A stretch of DNA of 64,000 nt from Utricularia gibba (lineage: Eukaryota; Plantae; Magnoliophyta): contig CM007989.1 of assembly GCA_002189035.1 (NCBI GenBank), forward strand, positions 2,852,001-2,916,000, read 5' to 3'. Each line of letters begins with the position of its first letter. Positions within the stretch are counted from its first letter, which is position 1. The notes below the pieces were generated by a model. It had not been told where the DNA came from and searched no databases. It saw only the letters and a program-made list of their open reading frames with translations. This document shows positions 12,598-24,349 of the stretch, piece after piece. A program made the position numbers and the translations under genes.

Positions 12598-12649
12598 AAT
12601 TTAAAAGCAGAATTAACACAAATCCTTCCTTCTATTTCCGATGTGGGAT
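12598..12649 (-). promoter_or_regulatory. Plant snRNA-type promoter: USE (ATCCCACATCG) plus TATA-like TTTAAAT
   Basis: Exact RTCCCACATCG at 12649-12639 (minus); TTTAAA starts at 12605, giving a 33-bp spacer (Pol II-type spacing). Confidence 0.5.
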
Positions 12650-13292
12650 TGTAAACCACATTAGATATTTATGTATGCATATTGAGCTATTAAACTTTAT
12701 AGTAATTGGATCAAAGGTCACATTAGAAGTAGCAATTGTGTGTGTTGAAAATGATAATAATGTGTTTTTCGGGGGTTTGTGGAAATAAGAATAAAGTGGG
12801 AGGGCCGTCGTTTCATGCGTGTGCGGGTTAGTCTATCAGGCCGTACGGTTGGATTGAAGATGGATTGTGGTGTGAAATGGACGGCTGATTGGAAACTAAA
12901 TTCCAACGGTCAAGATTTGTTGGGCCAATGGGCGTGATGACGGTGATCTTTTTCAATTGACACAAGTCCTCGTCACTCATCACACCTGCAAATTCCAACC
13001 TCCCCTTCTGTTTCATTCTTCTGCCGACCTCCCCACTTAGCCACACGCAAGACTACTGGTAACAACACTCTTTTTGATCGATAATGCCACAAAGAAACCA
13101 ACATCTTCTTGGGTTAAATGAATCACGAACATTTTGTTGTGTTGAACATCTTCCCGGTGTTTCCCAGGTGAAGCAACATGAGCTCACGACGGTGCAGCAG
13201 TTGAAGGGGTACAAGAGAATGGGATCACACTGAAAAGATTGGGAGAAAACAATTGATAACCACCAGTACAGATATTGGAAACAATGCAAACA

Positions 13293-14302
13293 TTAATGGA
13301 TACCGTTCCGCTGTCCATCTTGGATGACGGATTTCAGGCTTTCCATCCAACTTAGATATTCAGCTTTGTCTTTGTACTTCATGTATTTATGCAAGAACTC
13401 GGCTAAGCTGTCGTCGATGCCCCTTTCCTCTAAGAAATCATACAATGAATCCTGCAGTTCATCATCCAATTCCCTGCAAACTCAACGTTAACAGATAAGG
13501 GAAAGTTTGATGAAGGGCAAAAAAAACGGGAGATGTTGCAGGGTGTTTCATTGAAAGGGACATACTTGAACGCAGGGCCAGGGTAAGGCTGGTATTTGAT
13601 CCGACCCCGGTCACGAGTGTAAACTCTCCGAATGTCAATAGCATCTGGCCATGCTGAGCAAATAAACTCCAACACCTGATTGCATTCCTCCTTCAACACA
13701 TCAACGATTAGGGTGATGTGCAGCCTTACATCAAGTGAATCATCACTCTTTCTAATAGGAGCAGAACCATCAAACATAGTCACTTCAACTTTTATATCTT
13801 CATTTTCCCCAAATTTTCTACTCAGTCGAATCCATTGCTCCCCTGGACTTTGATCAATCTTGAAGGAATCGAATTTCATTGGAGGCTGTATGCAACTGCA
13901 TGCTGTTAGGCACTCTATTGTTTTGCATGAATGAATTCAAAGATAGAATCATTTTTCACGGAGGAAATGCCTCAGGAAATTCATAGCGCCCAGCGCATTC
14001 GAAGCAACTAAAAAACTCTTCAGGCCCAATAAATTCAACATAACTTAACACAACAACCAACAAATGGGAAAAAGTACCATACAGAAAAAAAAGGTGCATA
14101 CCTCGAACGAAGTGGAATGTTCCTGCTCATATTGAATTTCGTTTCGAATAAGCCGGAGTATGTTCCCCTCGAAAGCTGATTTTCGCATCTCGGAAACGTA
14201 ATTTGCGGTTGAAAATCTTAAAATTTGAGTCTTCGAGTTGATTTCCGGTCGCCCTGCAAAACTCTTCACAGCTCGGAATCCCCGAACCAGCCGTTGAGCC
14301 AT
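13293..14302 (-). CDS. Mitochondrial glycoprotein / MAM33 (C1QBP-like) family protein
   Basis: Basic presequence, then ILRLIRNEIQYE; PGEQWIRLSRKFGENEDIKVEVTMFDG; LEFICSAWPDAIDI; GPAFKELDDELQDSLYDFLEERGIDDSLAEFLHKYM. Three in-frame exons. Confidence 0.92.
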
Positions 14303-14728
14303 TTCGCTCAGGAACGAACGACACAGAACAGCCTCTAGGGTTTACGAAGGGTTTTCCATTTCCCTTTTAATTCTTTTTTCTGTAAATTTAATTTAGATTT
14401 TAAAGAAAAATCTGAAAATTTTGGTAATTCATCACTACAGTAATTGAGCTTATGAAAATCAATTTTGCAATCGTAGACTGTTTGTTCAACCATAATTAAA
14501 TTATAATTGAATAATAATTAAATCATGAATTTATGTCATTATTTTAAAATGATTTAAATTTAATTTAATCAATTAATGAACGATTTAAAACAATTTAAAT
14601 ATAGTTATACATAGATTTTTAAAATACAGTTAAAAAAACTAGGATTTTGATGAATGGACAGGAACCCAATTCCGCCCCCCCAAGTGAGCTGAATGGGTCT
14701 TCCCATGAAGAATGCAGCATCATCTACA

Positions 14729-15083
14729 TTAGCGACTGCTTTGAGACATCAGTGCACCATCCTGAAGCTCCAGCTTAAAACCTTCACATGGGGTGGCTTC
14801 CATATTCAACCCTCTGTTCTGTAGGGACATCAAGTTTCCTCCAGATAAATCATGACTAGAGCTTCTAGGCTGGATGAATGTGACACTATATTTTGATGGC
14901 TCTGGAGCAGAGCCAGAAGGTGTATCTTCAAGTGAAGGTGCACACTTTAGACCTTCCGCTTCATCTTCGTCAAGAGGGAAAGATGGATTCATGATTTTCA
15001 TCCTGGTTGGATCAATCATCTCAGTTGAAACTTCAACTTCACCAGGTACATCTTCCCACTCATCTTCCACATCCAGCTCAAAT
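14729..15083 (-). other. Orphan acidic exon-like ORF downstream of FBL14
   Basis: Stop-free 117 codons (FELDVEDEWEDVPG..SQSSR*) behind a TCTGTAG acceptor; no family recognised. Confidence 0.3.
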
Positions 15084-15362
15084 CTACAGAGATGATGTAA
15101 AAAAACTTCCATTCTCCAGTAGCTACATCAAATGAAAGGAACTACCGTAGGCAATGAATCTCCAACCTGACACCAAACCTTACTCGAAATTGAGTTACCA
15201 GCCCCTTCAATGGAAACTCTACTTCTTTTGCAACATAATACTTACATCTTCAAACAGTTGCTGGTTTTTTTTTATCCGAGTCGCCCGAACCCACTAACAA
15301 AATGTACAGTTGGCTCATACCGAGTTATAAACAAATGAAATGCTCCAGGACTCATTATGAGT

Positions 15363-16766
15363 CTAATCCAGCCAGGAGAGATCTTGCCTAAACCTCACAG
15401 ATTCAGCAGCTCCAAGGGCTCCTCTTTCAGATATCTCGGGACAATCATCCACCACCAAAAGCTTCAGTTTATGAGATCCCAAGAAAGGCTGCAATCCATA
15501 GTCACTCAATCCCAAGCACATGTTCAACTTCAGGACACACAACCGTGGAAATCGAACTACAAGCTGCAGACCCTTGTCGCTAATCTCCTGACATTTAATC
15601 AGCTCCAGCAATTCAAGGTGCTGTGCTGAGCAAAGTGCTTCCATCCCAGCATCATTGAAAGAGTAAATGTGGTTTAAACAGAGTTCGCGTACCGGGCATT
15701 TTTGTATTAATGCGAGGATTCCTTCCTGAGTGAAGGACGGAAGCGAAGGGAACTCGCCACCACCGAAAGAAAGCCTCACTGATTCCAGATTTGAGCAGTT
15801 TAAGGCCAGTGCTTTTAGGCATTCATCTGTGAGTCTTATGGGGTTGTTCATCAGAGTAGCAAGTGAGAAACCCGATGGCACACGGAGTGAAATGGCCCGA
15901 AGGTTTCTTGAGTGAGAGGCCATTTCTATGATGTCTGCATCCCCAACACCTAAACACATGTCCAGATGGATTTTCTCCATGTTCTTGCACTTTCCCAATA
16001 TGCAAGCCAGATATCTTGCAGGGGTGGTGATACAATTAACCAACTTGATTTCACGCATGCTGCTGCATCGAATCAGCTGCGTCTGCCACTGGTCAACTGC
16101 TAATCGATCGTGAAGTTTCATGTAGCGATAATTTGCATCTACCTCAAAGTGAAACGATCTCAAATTTCGCCAACTATTCCCAAGCTTTACAAGATCACAC
16201 TCTCCAATCCCCCTACAATTCTTAATTTGAAGATCGCGGATTTTCTCAAGCTTTCCGAGATACTCCAGCCACTCCACGCTAGCAACATTGAGGCAACGGT
16301 TTAGGTGCAATACGCTAAGGTTCTTGCAGCCAACTACTACAGATAATACTCCACAACCACTAATTCTCGGAGCAAAGATTAGATTCAGGGAAGACAGATG
16401 CGAGCAAGAAGCCAAATGGCTTAAACCACCATCAGTGATGTATGTGCAGTAGCTCAACGTCAGAACAGTGAGTTGAGGACAGCTGATGGAAAGATTATAC
16501 AGCCCCCTATCATCCAGCTGCTTTCCCAATTTCGACATCCATCCCCAGTAAGAAATTTCAACATTCTCCAGATTACGAAATCTGTGGCACAGAGAAATCA
16601 ACCCTTCGTTTGCAGGAACCAAACCACAACCAACTCGAATACACCTACGTTGTTCATTATCAAGAACATGTAGGCGCTTGCATGTTAACGAGATGGAGTT
16701 TTTATCTACTGTTGCATTGACTCTTTTCAGTATTTCCCAAGCTACTTCCTCAGGCAAATCATCCAT
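15363..16766 (-). CDS. FBL14: F-box/LRR-repeat protein 14
   Basis: F-box MDDLPEEVAWEIL, RVGCGL, SKLGKQLDD, cysteine-containing LRRs, C-terminal QDLSW. Single coding exon; a 5'UTR intron is likely (~16785-17120). Confidence 0.92.
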   Translation of the reverse strand: MDDLPEEVAWEILKRVNATVDKNSISLTCKRLHVLDNEQRRCIRVGCGLVPANEGLISLCHRFRNLENVEISYWGWMSKLGKQLDDRGLYNLSISCPQLTVLTLSYCTYITDGGLSHLASCSHLSSLNLIFAPRISGCGVLSVVVGCKNLSVLHLNRCLNVASVEWLEYLGKLEKIRDLQIKNCRGIGECDLVKLGNSWRNLRSFHFEVDANYRYMKLHDRLAVDQWQTQLIRCSSMREIKLVNCITTPARYLACILGKCKNMEKIHLDMCLGVGDADIIEMASHSRNLRAISLRVPSGFSLATLMNNPIRLTDECLKALALNCSNLESVRLSFGGGEFPSLPSFTQEGILALIQKCPVRELCLNHIYSFNDAGMEALCSAQHLELLELIKCQEISDKGLQLVVRFPRLCVLKLNMCLGLSDYGLQPFLGSHKLKLLVVDDCPEISERGALGAAESVRFRQDLSWLD

Positions 16767-17528
16767 TGCAATCAGGTTGATATCCTGTAATCACCAACAA
16801 AAAAAATTAAATTGCTCTTCAAAACTAAACGAATAGAACAACACTACACCGATATCCAGTAGCTCAAAAATCTCTAAGAAAACTATAACAAAAAGGAGAA
16901 ACACAAACCTGAATCCGATAATGCCAATGAATAATTACATTAAAAGAAAAAAAATGAAAAAGCATCCTTGGATGAAGAAGATCGAGTCTTATCATTACAG
17001 AGCGATTACTATAATTTTTTCCAACTACACGGCAAGGTACGAGATTATCAGCACCGTAATAGCAGCGATGAGCAAAAAAAACTCGCAGCACAGAAAACGT
17101 TGAAATTCTAAATGCAAATACCTTGTTCTCGTAGGCGATCAAACCTATTCACTCTCCAAACACATCCGTAAAGATTAAGCCACGAATCGAGATTCAAATA
17201 ATCTCGAATGATATATTACGCGGCGGCGACGATGAACACGACGATCAATAACCGAGGCCTCGCTGGAGCTAATGATACACGGCAAGATATTTTTGTGGGA
17301 CCCCTAACTTTCTCGAGCTCAAAGAAAATGACATGCGGCAAGATATTTTATGGGCCCAAACCATAATGGGCTTGGGCCTTGGTTCGAATCATATTTGACA
17401 TTATTTTATTAAACCAAAACATAAAAAAATATCAAGCTTGTGCTGAATATGCTTTATTGATATGATAGGGGAGAATATCGCATACATGCAGATAACCTCA
17501 CTCGCAAAGCCCCATGCCCAAAAGCCAT

Positions 17529-17816
17529 CTAGCATTTAGGGACGTTGGGGATTTTACACTTGTCGGGGAGCTGCTTGGCAAGCTTGGGATCAATGTCAAA
17601 TGAAGGTAATCTGGGGGCGTCCATTAATTCACAGAGGCATTTGAGATTAGCACTGGAGAGGGCTTTGCAGCAAGCACTCGAGGGTGGAGTTGGACTCGGA
17701 GGAGTTGCGGCCGGCTTGCATTCCATCATGTCTGATACGTCCATGTTGCATATGCTGACAGCATTGGCAACAGCAATGAGGAGAAACAGGCCGAGAATCG
17801 CAGGCTTGGTATTCAT
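17529..17816 (-). CDS. Non-specific lipid transfer protein, DIR1-like
   Basis: Signal peptide plus 8-Cys pattern C-C-CC-CxC-C-C (SICNM..ECKPA..ACCKALSSANLKCLC..IDPKLAKQLPDKC..C). Confidence 0.92.
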   Translation of the reverse strand: MNTKPAILGLFLLIAVANAVSICNMDVSDMMECKPAATPPSPTPPSSACCKALSSANLKCLCELMDAPRLPSFDIDPKLAKQLPDKCKIPNVPKC

Positions 17817-18679
17817 CTTCGTCTTATCTGTGTGGTATGTTGGCGGAGGAGTTTAGGGGTATATATAGGAATGAGAGTTGGAGGGGTGGATGAGGGTTTC
17901 TTGACAGAAAAAAACCGTGGAGTATTGGTGTTGCTTTCAGTTACTTCTATTGGGAATGGAAGCTTTTGGAGGCAAGTGCAGGTTTGTTTTTCTTACTTTC
18001 TTTCTGGAACAGAACACTAACATGTTAACCAATGAGGATTGTGCATTTGTGGCTATTGTAAAGTGAGTAACTTGCCATTCCTCAGATGAGTTTGATGCAA
18101 AGTTTCTGCTGCTATGGCCCCTTTCATTTTCTGGCATGCCATCAAATTAATAGAGAACTTTTATACCGATTGTTGCGTTACAGGATATGTCAAATAATGG
18201 TTGATACCTTTCCTGGATTCGTTGTTGTTGTGTTACTTACTGTAAGATTGCCAAGTTGTAATCTTGGAGACGCCCCTTTGGTCTGCTTTCCTTTTGAGCA
18301 TTTTTCACTATGTTGAAATGCAGGTACTTTGAATTAATGTTGCCTCTGAAGCCTGAATGCCCCTTGAATTATCCCGAATCAAGTTTTAGTCTTGTCTCTG
18401 GCCAAGGGCGCTTCAGCTCGAAGATGTGTGGTTGGTAATATCAAGATGCCTGTGAAAGGGGGATTCCAACTTCTGCTGTTGCTAAATACCCTGAGCGGAA
18501 CCTGCTGTCTGCTTTCTTGCTTACGGTTCTGTGATTGCTATGCACCGAGAGATGAAAAGATAGGGGAACCTAATTATGGATTATTTTAATTTATTAATGG
18601 ACAAACTCGAACCCATTCGGCATGCTAAAAATCTCCACAAGCCAACTCCGATAGCCATCGGTTTCCCTTTCCCACAACA

Positions 18680-21023
18680 ATGGCGTCAATAGCTTCCAAT
18701 GTTGCGACGGCCAATTTTCTGGATTTCTGCAACTACCGTTCTTCTTCTGCAAAGCCCACGGTTTTTTTCAGCAGACAGGGGGCTAAGGTTCATTCTCAGA
18801 GGCGCATGTTCGTTGCCTTTAAAGCTTCTGCAAATTTACCAGCCGCCCATTGGGGGAATCATCAAGGAGGTGCTCTTTCCGGGAATTTAAAGCCGCTTCC
18901 TCCAAAACTTCCGCTTCGGAAACTGCGGATTGTGACGATGTTCTTACGAAAATACCGCCCGATGACAGAATCCCCGCCACTATTATAACTGGGTTTTTGG
19001 GGTCAGGAAAGGTACAATTATCCGTGTTTCGATTGGATCACAGCTCGAATCCCTTACCATGAATTGATGCCTTGCGGAGTGAAATTTTCATATTTGGTCT
19101 TTTTAAGACAGGAGTCTATCCACTTTAAATGCTGCTTTCTTGCAATTTAACTTTTAAAATCAATGGAAGTTATGCTGAAGCTTTGTTAATCAAGTACTTA
19201 CTAGACTCAATTGGCTTTCTTCTTTCTGGCATGTTAGACAACGCTGTTGAACCATATTCTGACGGCTGATCATGGAAAAAGGATTGCAGTTATCGAAAAT
19301 GAGGTAATACCATATTGAATGAATACTCTGATACACGCACCCTCATGCCTGTATCAAACAACACATCTGGTTTTTTGGAGTATGGAAATGATGTTCTGCA
19401 TCCCCTTGAGATTCACTACCATTTGCATTACGTTTGTATGCGTTTCTGTGTTCTCCAGTATGGAGAAGTCGATATCGATGGTTCCCTCGTTGCTGCTAAA
19501 GCTGCTGGAGCTGAGGATATTGTAATGCTTAACAACGGATGCCTGTGTTGCACTGTAAGGGGTGATCTCGTTAGGATGATTTCAGAGCTTGTAAACCGAA
19601 AGAAAGGAAAATTCGATCACATTGTCATTGAGACAACCGGTAAGATACTTGTAACTATGTCATTCTACTTAATCATGAATGCTTATTGGACTGCAGACCA
19701 TTCCAGCTTAAAAAAACTTGCTTTCTTTTGATGTGCTTCTCTCAGGATTAGCAAATCCAGCTCCAATTATTCAGACATTTTACGCTGAGGACCAGGTTTT
19801 CAACGACGTAAAACTCGACGGAGTCGTCACACTCGTTGATGCCAAGCATGCGCGTCTGCATATTAACGAAGTTAAGCCTAAGGGTGTAGTGAACGAGGCT
19901 GTGGAGCAAATAGCTTATGCCGATCGTATTATAGTTAACAAGGTAACATGCCATCTCTATTATCACCCCTGGAGCCATCACTGTTTTGGAATTGCTTTCT
20001 TGGTCATGTTGGTCCTTCTGAATCTAACTCCATGGTGCTTAAATCACAGACTGATCTTGTTGGTGAAACAGAGGTCTTTTCTCTGCTTGAACAGATCAGG
20101 GTATTTATTTCCCATCCCTCTTCTTTCTGTCTTTTTCTGTTCATTTGCTTCCTTTTCATGGTTTCCCATGCACTTTATAGTCCATAAATCGAATGGCTCA
20201 ACTGAAGCGGACACAGTATGGAAAAGTTGAATTGGATTATGTTCTGGAATCGGAGGTTTTGACTTGGAAAGGTCTTTGTCCATCTCTAATGTTTGCTTCT
20301 GTTGCCATTTTCTTGTGCACTGCCTCATGAAATGACTGCATGCCTGCAGAATTGATACCGCAGTTGACACTGAGAATGCCGAGCATGATCATGACGATCA
20401 CGATCATCACCACCACCACCACGAGCATGATCATGAACATGAACATGGTGACACAGATTACGATCTTTGCACGCCCACCACATCCCTTGCTGATTTCTAA
20501 CCTTTGAACGCAGAGCATCATCATGATCACCACTCCCATGATCATACTCACGACCCTGGTGTATCTTCTGTCAGCATAGTTTGCGAGGGGACTCTGGATC
20601 TTGAAAAGGTTTACTGCTAAACCTTCTGCTTTTCAAAATCTAAACCATGGCTAGATTTTCAAACCTCTGTCTGCACCATTTTCCTTGCATTCCAGGCCAA
20701 CATGTGGCTTGGGAACCTGTTGATAGAAAGAAGCGAGGACTTGTACAGAATGAAGGGCCTGCTATCCATCGATGGCATGGATGAAAGATTTGTTTTCCAG
20801 GTTACTACGACTCGCCCATAAAAATGGCATAGATTTTCTTGTTTCTGGGAGTGCATGACTCTTCATTATGTCTGATGTGATTCAGGGAGTGCATGACATA
20901 TTCCAAGGTTCTCCTGATCGGGCATGGGGCGTCGACGAGCCACGAGTGAACAAGCTCGTGTTCATCGGTAAGAACCTTGACGCAAAGGAACTGGAGAAGG
21001 GGTTCAAGGCCTGCTTGCTTTGA
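18680..21023 (+). CDS. Plastid-targeted CobW/COG0523 (ZNG1-type) Zn-metallochaperone GTPase, PTAC17-like; apparent 1-nt frameshift in exon 1
   Basis: IITGFLGSGKTTLLN, IENEYGEVDID, GCLCCTVRGDL, IETTGLANP, His-rich tract (20370-20550), CobW_C (RMKG, FQGVH, LVFIGKNL). Ten exons; stop 21021-21023. Confidence 0.93.
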
Positions 21024-21175
21024 TCGATACCATTTCACAATGGGAGCTGATGGAGTTTTGCTATTGAAGAAAGAAACACAATCGATTTTCGACGTAATCA
21101 ATCAAACATGATAGAATGGTAAGCGATTCCCTACAGAAAACTAATATACGGGAGTCATGTGAAGGTGAAGGATCT

Positions 21176-22024
21176 CTAATCAGGCGTACCAGTGATGAAA
21201 ATCCTGCCTTTATGAGCTTGAAGCTTGACGCAGAAATCATGAAGCGCCTCCTGGATTTCCCCAAACGCCACCAAGAATCTCGCGCCGTCGGTTTGGTTCA
21301 GCACTTTCTTCAACACCATCTCCATTGTTGATCCCCTGTGACACCACATGCAAGCCGCCTGTCAAAGTCTGTTAATCATCACTCCATTCCCTACCAAGTG
21401 TTCATCATCTTTACCTCAGTTTCTGGGCCTTGGCAGCAACCGCAGAAACCTTCCTCAACTCGGATCTAACACGACCCGGGCCCCTGTTCAGCGTTTTCAC
21501 TGATCCGAACGGTAGATGGAAGATGCAATTTGCTTGAATCTCGATCATCTCCTCATTTATTACCGCTTCTTCGATACGCACGTTTTGGATCACTTGGGAG
21601 AGTGCTTGCTCCGTTTCCCCCTCGAAAGAATTGGACAACGAAGCGACGAGGCTGAGAATAGCTGACGGCCGCCACTCTCCGAACCAGAATACGGCGGCTT
21701 GTTCATGCGCGGGTGCACAGTTCGACTGAAACCATCGACTGTAGTAGTATTCTTGGTAGCAGCGGACGCGATCATCGATTAACGCCTTCATGGCTTCAAT
21801 TGTTTTGAGGTGTTTCTTCAGTTTGGCGATTCCCGCGCTCTGATCCTGCCTCCATCGTCCGTAATCCGATTCATCACCTGTGAAAAGAATGGCTTCTCAA
21901 GAATCGAAAGAAAACCCAGAAAAAAAAGATGGAAGCGCAGTTGTGAAATTCGTACCCCGTTTATGGGTCCAGATGAGTTGCTTAGGAATGGAGACGAGTC
22001 CTTGTCCTTTACCATGACCATCAT
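21176..22024 (-). CDS. DOG1-domain protein, INAPERTURATE POLLEN2 (At1g15320)-like; 5' end uncertain
   Basis: HEQAAVFWFGEWRPSAILSL, RIEEAVINEEMIEIQANCIFHLPF, KAQKLR / MVLKKVLNQTDGARFLVAFGEIQEALH. The frame extends upstream of ATG 21791 (DESDYGRWRQDQ) to an acceptor near 21878. Confidence 0.75.
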
Positions 22025-22432
22025 CGCCCACTGGAATCTGTTTCCTGCACACACAGAAAACAAAACAGAATCCTCCGACATTGTTACACTACTGAGCAGC
22101 AAAAGCTGTGGAGATAATGAATTCACCGACAGTTGGGATTGCGAAGAACTTCTCCTCATTTTCTTTCTTGATCTCCCAAACCCAGAATATGAATGCGAGA
22201 ATTTTCGGAGGGACTTTCAGGCAACTACGGCTAACCGCATATTAGAAAACTTTCAAATGGTAGGGGACAGGGAAAGCTCGTAAACTCAAGGTTTTATAAA
22301 GAAAAAAACAATCAAATGTATAGCACAGCCATGAAATGAATGGATAACGGTTTTATTTTGATTGAATCATATTCTGCTGTCGAGTCCCTCATCACAGATT
22401 CACAGATAACAGATATCAGATCACATCTATAG

Positions 22433-24128
22433 CTATAAGGTAACTGTGAACAGGTATATCTTGAGCACGAAAGAAAGAGACAGCTGCAGCAAGAAGATAG
22501 CAGCTACGATGAAAAACCAATGTTCACCGGCTGATTTGATATGGGTTCTCAGGTTCAGGCCAACAAATGTAGCAGACATGAAGCCAGCGACACCCGCCAA
22601 AACCCATCGAAAGATTTCCTGAGGAATGACAGATAAGCACTGCAACATGGAAGAAGAATTGCATCAACAAAACAATGCCATGTATAATAACCACACCGTT
22701 ATTGAAAAGCAGTATAATATGGACTTCTAGATTGCTGTCCTTGAATACGAAGCTTACCATAGCTGGAATGAAGATGAAGAGTGAATAGCCATATAGGCAA
22801 AGCAGTTGGACAAAGCTGGATGGAGCAGAGAAGTATTTGAGGACAACATACAAGAGGAGAGGTACAATGGCGACGTAGCCGTAGAACAAAGCTGCAGACC
22901 AGGTGACCATATTGATATCATAGTTCCATTCCTTTTTCTGCAGCTTGTGTGACAAATATGTCACAAATGTACCAATGGACGCTGCTACAAATATCAAAGT
23001 GGTACAGATCCAGAAGGGACCATACCTGGAAAGTGTAGAGGATCACTGTTCATGCCATAACAGTTACAGTAAACAATTAATACTTGAAATATGATAAATA
23101 AAAATGTGGATTCCAGCTGAACGGCATGTTCCATACTAAACATGCATTTGAACTAAGGTTTTACATGCTTAAGATCATGGTTTACGTTGAATATGAGAGC
23201 ATAATGTTAAAACTTACAAATCAGGATTACTGGAAGTCTTTTCATAAAATGTTCCCCGGAAAGGGAAGAGTGAATCTTTTACTCTTTCAATTACATCAGA
23301 AGTATCAACATCAAAGTAGGGTCTGTACGCAGCAATTGTGAATGATCTAAGCCAGCCACCTTGCTGGGGCTCATCAGAACCAGAAGCAGGTTTGCTAAAT
23401 GTATCTAATATCAAAAAAAAAAGAGGGAAAAAACAGGTGCATATTACATTCTCGATACAGTACATCCAAAATGAACCCAAATACGTAGGAGAAAAACTAA
23501 GCAGCTCTCGGACAGAGTCGCATCTTTTAGTTTCGATGAAAACGAAGAGGACTAAGCATATTCTGTGCTAGAAACTAACAGATGAATGTGCATTTCTTAC
23601 TACAGGAAGCTAAAAACAAATGGAAAAGCGCAAGTGGTTACTTATCCAACTCCATTTTGATTAAGATGCAGATAGGAATAGAAACTGATACGGATCTAGC
23701 AAGCATTACTGTGGATGTATTTGGGCTATCACAAGTATATAACGGCAATTGGGTGGAGTCGATGAAGTACCATCCGCATCCCGAGGAGGCCGCGACGCAC
23801 CAGAGATCTTCCCTTGAGCTCCAGAAGGTGGAAAAGTTTGCAGATTGGATTCTGCATAAAAGTTTTCCGTCAGCAGAAAGTTCAATCTTGCAAAATCAAG
23901 TCATAAATAGCAGAGAGACCTGCAAATTTCACTGTAACATGGGAAGGCGGATCCCCAACTGCCTGCAAAACCACCACCAACCAAAAACTAACCTCAAACC
24001 GAGCAGAACACATAAATCAGAGTAGATCTACAGTCATTAGATGGAATTTGAATGAAGAAAAGAACATTAACCGGAACAGATCCGGAGACGTTCTGACTAT
24101 CAATCTGCGTGTAGCTTCCAGGCATCAT
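22433..24128 (-). CDS. Yip1-domain Golgi/ER membrane protein (YIPF1-like)
   Basis: YRPYFDVDTSDVIERVKDSLFPF, PDLYGPFWICTTLIF, LCLYGYSLFIFIP. Six in-frame exons. Confidence 0.93.
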
Positions 24129-24349
24129 CCTCGCTTCAGTGCTAGGGATCCCCAATTGAATTCTAGGGTTTAGAAGATGCACAATTCCGTGGAGGGAGAA
24201 AAAATGGAATTAATTAGCACAGTCGTCGCTATTAAATGCGGGTCCCGCTAAAGATTACTATTTTCTTTTTCTTTTTTTTTCCTCCGAGGCGGCGAGGCGT
24301 CAAAAACTCTGATCGCTCTCGGCTATCGCCCTCCGCGTCAGTGTGAAGA

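Noticed and set aside
17381-17390. tRNA B-box-like GGTTCGAATC
   Set aside because: No A box or cloverleaf; it lies among site II promoter motifs.
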